Shown: piece after piece, positions 57,978 through 64,000 of the stretch
Layout: each line of letters opens with the position of its first letter
How positions within the stretch are numbered: the first letter of the stretch is position 1
Assembly (NCBI GenBank): GCA_964291285.2
Contig: OZ219786.1
Location: 448,001 to 512,000 of the forward strand
DNA length: 64,000 nucleotides
Reading direction: 5' to 3'
Source of the DNA: Alphaproteobacteria bacterium
GTDB taxonomy: Bacteria; Pseudomonadota; Alphaproteobacteria; Bin95
Notes under the pieces: generated by a model
Seen by the model: only the letters and a program-made list of their open reading frames with translations
Databases searched by the model: none
What the model was told of the DNA's origin: nothing
Program-made: the position numbers and the translations under genes

Positions 57978-58967
57978 TCAGTTCTCCCTTGCGCGCCGCG
58001 GTATCTCCGGACGTTCCAGGAAGGACGCCCGCAGCTCCCGTCCTTCCACCGAAACCATTGCGTAGGGCACGCCGGGCAGCCTGTAGGCCCAGCGTCCGGA
58101 CGGGTCCCGCTCCGCCGCCCGCGCGCCCGGGGCGACCAGATACGCCCGCGTCACCAGCAGCAGCTCCTCCCCGAGCCGCCAGGCGCGCCCGTCGATGCCT
58201 TCCACATCGAGCGGCCGGGCGCCCGCCGGCGCCGCGCCCGACAGCAGCCCGAGAAGCATGTCCGAGCCCGCATGAAACCCCGCCGCCGCGCCCGCATCGA
58301 GCGGATCGGCGTTCGGTCCGTCCTCCGGGAGGCGCACCGCCAGGCTGAAATCGACCGCGCCGTCCCCCTCTGCCATCACCAGGATCAGCGGCTCCGCCAG
58401 CCCCTCCAGCATCACCGAGGCATTGCCGGCCAGCCACCGCGCATTCGGCTTCAGGTGAAGCAGGTGCCCGGCATCGGCCGGCGCTCCCTCGCCGCCCGCC
58501 GCCACGAAGTTCTCGTTCACCAGCGCGTGCGCGATCGGCCAGGGCGCGCCGGTCCGGTCGTAGAACCCGACCGACGTCACATAGTCGGCATGCACCGCGA
58601 CCTCCTGGACCGCCCCCGCCCCGAGGCCGTCCAGGTCGATCCTGCGGACCCGCCCGGGCGGCGCCGCCCCGCGCGCCCGCGCCGCCGCCCTCTGCGTCTG
58701 CTCCAGCAGGCGGCCCAGCAGCGCGATCTGCTCCTGGGTAAAGGGAAGCCGCAGGCGGCCCGCCGCCGCGGCGTCCCCGTCCGGCATCGCATGCTCCGGC
58801 CAGACGTCCGCGTCCCGGTCCTGCCCGGAAGGGGGCGCCTGTCTCCCGGCAGGCGCCGGCGGCGCCGCCGCCTGCTGGCCCGCCGCCGGCCCCGCCCACG
58901 CCAACAGCCCCAGCACCGCCAGCGCCGCCAGTTCGGCGCGTCCGCGCCCGATCCGCAACAATGTCAT
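57978..58967 (-). CDS. icmK: DotH/IcmK (TraN) protein
   Basis: Signal peptide, PFTQEQI, YVTSVGFYDRTGAPWPI, GNASVMLEGLAEP, GPNA. Confidence 0.85.
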   Translation of the reverse strand: MTLLRIGRGRAELAALAVLGLLAWAGPAAGQQAAAPPAPAGRQAPPSGQDRDADVWPEHAMPDGDAAAAGRLRLPFTQEQIALLGRLLEQTQRAAARARGAAPPGRVRRIDLDGLGAGAVQEVAVHADYVTSVGFYDRTGAPWPIAHALVNENFVAAGGEGAPADAGHLLHLKPNARWLAGNASVMLEGLAEPLILVMAEGDGAVDFSLAVRLPEDGPNADPLDAGAAAGFHAGSDMLLGLLSGAAPAGARPLDVEGIDGRAWRLGEELLLVTRAYLVAPGARAAERDPSGRWAYRLPGVPYAMVSVEGRELRASFLERPEIPRRAREN

Positions 58968-59593
58968 GGTCCCGCCGCTCCCCTCCTGCCCAGCAGAAAA
59001 TCCGCGATCGCCAGCCCCGACAGCCGCTCCGGGCGCGGCGCCCGCACGACCAGGAGGCGCGCCGCCAGCTTCGCATCCGCCCGCGCGCCCTCGCCGGCGT
59101 AGAAGGTCAGCAGCAGCGGCACCTCGACCTCGTATCCGAGGCGCCCGCTTCCCGTCTTCCGCACCCGCATCACCACCGCCGCGCCCTGCGCCACGGCCGA
59201 CACCACCTGCCGCTGCTTGCGCAGGCGCTCCAGCACCAGGCTGTCCTCGAGCACCGCCCGGTAGCTCCCGAAACCGTCCCCGGTGAACCGGTCCCTCATC
59301 GCCTCGATGCGTCCTTCCCGGTCGTCGAAGCCGATATCGAGAGCCTGCGTCACCGTGGCGACGGTCCAGGCCAGCATCGCGTCGATCGCGATGTCCGCTT
59401 CGGAATCCTCCGCCGCCCAGACCGCCTCCGGCTCGCCGCGGCCATCCATCGCGAACGCCGCATGGGCCCTCTCCTGCCACTGCATCGCCGCCAGCAGTCC
59501 GCCGGCCGTCAGCGCCTGCGCGGCAACCGCCGCCAGGGTCAGGCCGGGCCATATCCCGTGCCTGCGCATCCCCCGAGCCGACGCCGGCCTCAT
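58964..59593 (-). CDS. icmL: DotI/IcmL (TraM) family protein, copy 2
   Basis: LAWTVATVTQAL, RDRFTGDGFGSY..LEDS, QVVSAV, EVPLLLTF, GLAI. Confidence 0.8.
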   Translation of the reverse strand: MRPASARGMRRHGIWPGLTLAAVAAQALTAGGLLAAMQWQERAHAAFAMDGRGEPEAVWAAEDSEADIAIDAMLAWTVATVTQALDIGFDDREGRIEAMRDRFTGDGFGSYRAVLEDSLVLERLRKQRQVVSAVAQGAAVVMRVRKTGSGRLGYEVEVPLLLTFYAGEGARADAKLAARLLVVRAPRPERLSGLAIADFLLGRRGAAGP

Positions 59594-60303
59594 CGCCGCA
59601 GTCCCTCCGCCCTCGAAAACCGGAACTGTTCGATCGCCAGGCCGGACAGCCGCTCGGTGCGCGCCATGCGCACCACGAGCGCCTCGGCAACCAGGTCCTC
59701 GACCACCCTCTCGTCCGCCCTGGCGTAGAAGGTCAGCGACATCGGGAACTTCACCTGGTAACCCACGGCGCCGTCCGCGAATGTCCGGACCCGCTCCAGG
59801 ACCGGCGCGCCCCGCGCCACGGCCGACACCACCTGGCCCAGCTCGCCGATCCGCTGGAACACCAGGCTGTCCTCCAGCACCCGCTGGTAGCTGTCGAACC
59901 CCTCGTCGGTGAAACGGTCCCGCACCCCCTCGATGCGCCCGCGATAGTCGTGGAAGCCCATGGTGAAGGCCTCGGTCACCGACCCCACCGTCCAGGTGAG
60001 CACCATGCCGATCTCCTCCTCGCCTTCGACCCCCGCCGCCGACACGATCGGCAGGGTGCGCCCCGACATGTCCGTGGCGACCGCGATGTAGACCGTGTCC
60101 CTGGACTCCATCCACGCCGCGAGCGCGCCGATCGTCAGCGTCTGGCCGACCACCGCGGCGACCGCCACCCGGCGCCAGGCGCGGTGCTGGGCAATGTGGT
60201 AAGCCTGCGACCCCGACACGGCCGCCATGACCTCGCTCAGCCGCGAGCTGCCCGACGCACGCTCGCGCACCGATCCCGGGTCCCGGCGCCAGGGCAGCCT
60301 CAT
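59590..60303 (-). CDS. icmL: DotI/IcmL (TraM) family protein, copy 1
   Basis: YIAVATDMSGR, WTVGSVTEAFTMGFHDYR, FTDEGFDSY, GLAIEQF. Confidence 0.85.
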   Translation of the reverse strand: MRLPWRRDPGSVRERASGSSRLSEVMAAVSGSQAYHIAQHRAWRRVAVAAVVGQTLTIGALAAWMESRDTVYIAVATDMSGRTLPIVSAAGVEGEEEIGMVLTWTVGSVTEAFTMGFHDYRGRIEGVRDRFTDEGFDSYQRVLEDSLVFQRIGELGQVVSAVARGAPVLERVRTFADGAVGYQVKFPMSLTFYARADERVVEDLVAEALVVRMARTERLSGLAIEQFRFSRAEGLRR

Positions 60304-61169
60304 CGCGTGGCGCCTCCGGACCGGAAGCCCGGTTCCGGACGCCCCGCATGAACCCGGATTGCGCCCGCGTCGTCCCGCCACGCAAGGAAGGGCACGACCT
60401 CCGCGCCGAATGCCCGCCAGAGCGCATGGTTCGCCTCCAGCCGGTCCGTCCCTTCCGCCGCCGCGGCAGCCGGGCCGGACCCGAACCATGCCAGCGCCGG
60501 GTTCCCGGCCGCCGCGATCCCCGCCGCCTGCGCGAGCGAGTCCTCTCCCAGCAGCCCCACCGGCACCGCATGCAGGCGGAACTCCCCGTCGAGCGCCCGG
60601 CTCCCCTGTTCAGCCGCCGCCTGCCTCGACCAGGGGCAGGCGGGATCGATGAACGCCACCACGTCCGGACCCCTCTCGCCCAGCGTGAACGCGGCCGCAT
60701 CGAGCGCCCGCTCGAACAGCGCCTGCCGTCCCCCCTCCGGAGCCGCAGACCGCGACGCCAGCGCATACCCGGCCGCCGCCGCCCGGACCGCGTCTTCCAC
60801 CGGCGAAGGCCCGGGCGCCGCCGCACCCGGGCGCGAGGCGCCGCCGACCGCCTCTGCGGCCGCTCCCGCCTTCGCCGCCGCCCGCAGCTGCCCGCCGGTC
60901 AGCTCCAGCCCGTCCGGGCCGTAAAGCAGGCCCGCTACCGCGTGACCGTCCGGCGCCGCATAGACCGGGAACACGCTTCCGTCCGGCCGGCGCACCAGCC
61001 AGCCTTCCAGCAGGCCGGACCGCCCGAGCGGCACGAGCGCCGCCCCGGACCGCTCCAGCGCCGCCAGCACGGCCGGAAGCCGCTCTTCGGAATGCCCGAG
61101 CCTCAGCCCGCCCACGATCAGCAGCACCAGGAGCGCCGAAAACACCGCCACGCGCACGACCGCCCTCAT
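60300..61169 (-). CDS. DsbG-like thioredoxin-fold periplasmic protein (CPWS motif)
   Basis: LEGWLV..VYAAPDGHAVAGLLYGPDG, VVAFIDPACPWS, VPVGLLGEDS. Confidence 0.7.
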   Translation of the reverse strand: MRAVVRVAVFSALLVLLIVGGLRLGHSEERLPAVLAALERSGAALVPLGRSGLLEGWLVRRPDGSVFPVYAAPDGHAVAGLLYGPDGLELTGGQLRAAAKAGAAAEAVGGASRPGAAAPGPSPVEDAVRAAAAGYALASRSAAPEGGRQALFERALDAAAFTLGERGPDVVAFIDPACPWSRQAAAEQGSRALDGEFRLHAVPVGLLGEDSLAQAAGIAAAGNPALAWFGSGPAAAAAEGTDRLEANHALWRAFGAEVVPFLAWRDDAGAIRVHAGRPEPGFRSGGATR

Positions 61170-61170
61170 C

Positions 61171-61449
61171 TCAGCCCCGCCCGTAGTCCAGGAACCGCCG
61201 CATGCGCCGGCGGTGCAGCGCCCGGCGCTTCCCCGCGAGAGCCGCGCGCATCGCGCGCAGCGCCGCCGGCGGCCGGTAGCCCCGCGCCTCCGCAGCCCTG
61301 AACGCCAGCCAGGCGAGCAGCACCGCGCCGCCCGTCCACCAGCCCGGCACGAACACCGCCGCGACCGCCAACGGCAGCAGGCGCGCGTCGAACGGCCCCA
61401 GCCGAACCGGGCGCATCGAATCCCGCCACGCCCAGCCCTCTCCCTCCAT
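61171..61449 (-). CDS. icmT: IcmT/TraK family protein
   Basis: WRDSMRPVRLGPFDAR..RGYRPPAALR. Confidence 0.85.
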   Translation of the reverse strand: MEGEGWAWRDSMRPVRLGPFDARLLPLAVAAVFVPGWWTGGAVLLAWLAFRAAEARGYRPPAALRAMRAALAGKRRALHRRRMRRFLDYGRG

Positions 61450-61461
61450 GAGCCCGCGCCC

Positions 61462-62610
61462 TCACGCGCCCGCCCGTTCGCCGGCGTCGCGCAGGTCTCC
61501 CGACGCCGCCAGCGCCCGGGCCAGGTCCCCGCGCCCGATCCGCCCGGCTTCATGGGCCCGCACCCCGGCCTCGCCGAGGCCCCCGCAGCGCTTCCGCACC
61601 TCCGCCTGGATCGCCATCGGCCAGTCGCCCCGGGGCAGCTGGAACAGGCGCTGCTTCAGCGCGCCGTCGAACCGCAGCCACTCCCGGATCGCGGTCCGCC
61701 CGCCCTGCGGGTTCGGGACCAGCATCTGCGTCGCGACAAGCGTGAGGCGCTGCATCAGCGCCACGGCCCGCTCGTCCCGCTCCGCCGGCGCAAACGCCGA
61801 CAGCAACCGGCGCATGGTCGCCGACACGCCCACCGTGTGCGTCGTCGAATACACCGCCATCCCCTGGTCCGAGGCGTTCAGCACCGCCTCGATCGTCTCC
61901 AGGTCGCGCGCCTCGCCCACCATCACCGCCGCCGGACGGCGCCTCACCGCAGAGCGCAGCGCCTCCGCGAACGTCTCCACATGCGTCGGAACCTCCGTCT
62001 GCTCGATCATCGCCAGGTCCGCCTCGATCCGGGACAGGTCGAACTCCACCGGGTTCTCGAACGTCAGCACCTTGCCCCGGCCGGTCTCCACCAGCCGGCG
62101 CATCGCCGCGGCCAGCAATGTCGACTTGCCGGACCCCGGAACCCCCGTGACCAGGCAAATCCCCTCGCCGAGCTGCAACGCCGCCGCGATCTCCTCCTCG
62201 ACCCCGAGCGCGTCCAGCTCCGGCGCCTCCTCCGGAAGCACCCTCAGCGCCACGCCCATCCCCCAGCGCCCGTCGAACTGCTTCGGCAGCATGTTCACCC
62301 TGAAACGCCGCCGGCGCCGGTCCGGCCCGACCGCCGTGTGGCTGCAGTCGATCGCCCCGCCGCCGCGAAGCTCCGTCTCGGCCCGCTCCCGGCTCACATG
62401 CAGACCGCCGGCAACACGCCCCATCGCCGGGCCGTCCAGCCGCGCCCGGGTCGCCCGGCGCAACTGCCCGTCCACCTCGATGAACGCCGGAAGGCCCGTC
62501 GAGAAGGCGATATCCGCCGCCCCCAGGTCCGCCGCCCACAACAGGAACTCGTCAAGCCGGTCGGTCGGAAACGACCGCTCCCCCGGCTCCCACATGCCGG
62601 GCCCGCTCAC
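61462..62610 (-). CDS. dotB: DotB/TraJ PilT-like secretion ATPase
   Basis: RFRVN, VTGVPGSGKSTLL, TFENPVEF, AVRRRP..VGEARD.ET, YSTTH, GRTAIREWL. Confidence 0.92.
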   Translation of the reverse strand: MSGPGMWEPGERSFPTDRLDEFLLWAADLGAADIAFSTGLPAFIEVDGQLRRATRARLDGPAMGRVAGGLHVSRERAETELRGGGAIDCSHTAVGPDRRRRRFRVNMLPKQFDGRWGMGVALRVLPEEAPELDALGVEEEIAAALQLGEGICLVTGVPGSGKSTLLAAAMRRLVETGRGKVLTFENPVEFDLSRIEADLAMIEQTEVPTHVETFAEALRSAVRRRPAAVMVGEARDLETIEAVLNASDQGMAVYSTTHTVGVSATMRRLLSAFAPAERDERAVALMQRLTLVATQMLVPNPQGGRTAIREWLRFDGALKQRLFQLPRGDWPMAIQAEVRKRCGGLGEAGVRAHEAGRIGRGDLARALAASGDLRDAGERAGA

Positions 62611-63047
62611 GGCCCCTCTCCCTTCGCCGGAACGCGCCGCCAGTGCGCCCGCACCAGGACCCGGCGCTCGGCCCCCATCCACTCCGGCTCGTCGCCGGGC
62701 CCGGCGTTCCGCAGCGAGTCCAGGCGGTTCAGCCAGGCCCGCGCGCCGGCCAGCACCACCAGGGCGACACGCCCGGAACGGTCACCGCCGCCAGGCTCCC
62801 GGTATTCGAGACGCCCCATCACCTGCAGCGCCGCGCCCTTCACCACCAGCCGGCGCGCAAGGTCGGCCTGCGCGCCGACCGCGCGCACATGGTGCCACTC
62901 GACACGCTCCTCATACTCCCCGCCGCGCCGGTAGCGCCGGAGGTTCGTCGCCAGCGAGAAGTCCGCGACCTCCGTCCCGCCGGCCTGCCGGACCTCCGCG
63001 TCCTTGCCCGCATGGCCCACAAGGTGCACGTCCGAAAGGTTCAGCAC
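62607..63047 (-). CDS. ssb: Second single-stranded DNA-binding protein, inside the T4SS operon
   Basis: VHLVGHAGKDAEVR, VADFSLATN, EWHHV, KGAALQVMGRLEYR; AGGAGG RBS. Confidence 0.8.
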   Translation of the reverse strand: MLNLSDVHLVGHAGKDAEVRQAGGTEVADFSLATNLRRYRRGGEYEERVEWHHVRAVGAQADLARRLVVKGAALQVMGRLEYREPGGGDRSGRVALVVLAGARAWLNRLDSLRNAGPGDEPEWMGAERRVLVRAHWRRVPAKGEGP

Positions 63048-63081
63048 CGCGCTGCCTCCTTCGCCTTCCGCAACATCCGGA

Positions 63082-63960
63082 TCACCGTCCGCTCCCCCAT
63101 CCGCCGCCCGGCGCCACACGCTCCGGCAGCGGGCGCCACTCCCGCGGCGCCAGGTTGAACCGCGCCCGCCCGTCGAGGCGCACCACCCGCTCCCCGATCC
63201 GCATCAGGCTCTCGTGTCCCGAGACCGCCGTCTCCTCGAACCGCGTCTCGAGCGGGGTCACCATCCGCGCCGCGCGAAGCCGGTGCCAGCGCACGACACC
63301 CCGGAACACCGCCACCAGACGCTCCAGGTCCGAGGCATGGATGTCGTCCGCCAGCCTGACCCCGCGCGCCCATCCCTCCTCCAGCCAGCCGTCCCAGCGC
63401 GCGCGCTCCGCCGCCCCGCGCGGGAACAGCACCGGCGAGGGCCTCCGCGCCGGCTCCCAGTCCCGCTCCAGCCACGCGCGCCAGGTCGGCGCCGCCCCCA
63501 CGATCCGCTCCCCGGCCGCGATCCGCAGCACCTGCCGGGCGCCCGCCGCCATGTCGTCCTCGATCCGCACCGCATCCCGCGTCTCCGCAAGAACCGGCGG
63601 CATCACCAGGAACCCGCCCCGGGCCACCAGCAGCGCGCCGAAATCGAATACCGCCGAGAGACGCTCCGCCTGTTCCTCGAGAAGCGCCGCGATCTCCCGG
63701 CCCCTATGCGCAAGCCCCGCCTGCGAGGCCCAGGCCAGCGCCGCAAGCCGCTGCGCCTCGCCCCGGCGCTCCGCCGCGCGCGCCGCCGCGCCGCCCGCCT
63801 CCCCGGCCGGCGCCGTCTCCTTCAGCGCCTGAAGGTCCGGCAGCGGCGCCGCGCCCGGCCCCGCCGGAGACGACGCATGAACCGGCGCCGCCGCCAGCAG
63901 CAGCAGCGCCGCAAGCGCGGATACCCCGTGCCGCCGGCGAACCCCGGAGCCGGCGGTCAT
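63082..63960 (-). CDS. dotC: DotC/TraI family T4SS protein
   Basis: SQAGL, LSAVFDFGALL, VMPPVLAE, APTWRAWL, GWARGVRLAD, RMVTP. Confidence 0.85.
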   Translation of the reverse strand: MTAGSGVRRRHGVSALAALLLLAAAPVHASSPAGPGAAPLPDLQALKETAPAGEAGGAAARAAERRGEAQRLAALAWASQAGLAHRGREIAALLEEQAERLSAVFDFGALLVARGGFLVMPPVLAETRDAVRIEDDMAAGARQVLRIAAGERIVGAAPTWRAWLERDWEPARRPSPVLFPRGAAERARWDGWLEEGWARGVRLADDIHASDLERLVAVFRGVVRWHRLRAARMVTPLETRFEETAVSGHESLMRIGERVVRLDGRARFNLAPREWRPLPERVAPGGGWGSGR

Positions 63961-64000
63961 TGCCCCCTCCCTGTTGCGGGTCCGCGATGGCGCACCGCCA

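Noticed and set aside
47222-59102. Long plus-strand ORFs (1487, 1348, 903 aa)
   Set aside because: Antisense to recognisable dot/icm genes; low-complexity Arg/Pro/Ala translations
63957-64000. 3' end of dotD/traH
   Set aside because: Expected by synteny and a frame ends at an ATGA overlap, but 14 codons are too few to call

Overview
High-GC (roughly 70% by eye) segment of a large conjugative plasmid or integrative element, probably from an alphaproteobacterium (inference from protein families). Left to right: (i) a decaying defence patch with an AbiEi/AbiEii type IV toxin-antitoxin pair, a truncated DISARM drmD helicase, and an intact but orphan type I-E-like cas3 followed by an IS1634-family element; (ii) a replication/partition block with a DnaA_N+HTH initiator-like gene carrying internal palindromes, parA, parB, a family of RHH paralogues, DUF5131, a secreted thermonuclease and a large serine recombinase; (iii) a candidate leading region (about 19.5-27.4 kb) built from cassettes, each with a conserved AAGG(T/C)(C/G)GGGAAGGG upstream motif, one gene and often a hairpin; (iv) a relaxase copy lacking its catalytic residues, coupled to an intact 2115-aa MOBF relaxase-helicase; (v) a resolvase with two Tn3-type 38-bp terminal repeats bracketing a 1584-aa multi-SLOG protein; (vi) a minus-strand Dot/Icm (MPF-I, type IVB-like) secretion operon with a VirD4-type coupling protein, followed by a 48-bp tandem array and a membrane protein carrying an integrase arm-binding domain. 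The strongest novel candidate is the 1584-aa protein. It shares a roughly 290-aa C-terminal domain with the relaxase, suggesting cargo co-delivered through the conjugation channel, and has a small coupled partner gene. All family calls are from motif recognition by eye; no searches were run. No rRNA, tRNA or canonical CRISPR array was recognised.
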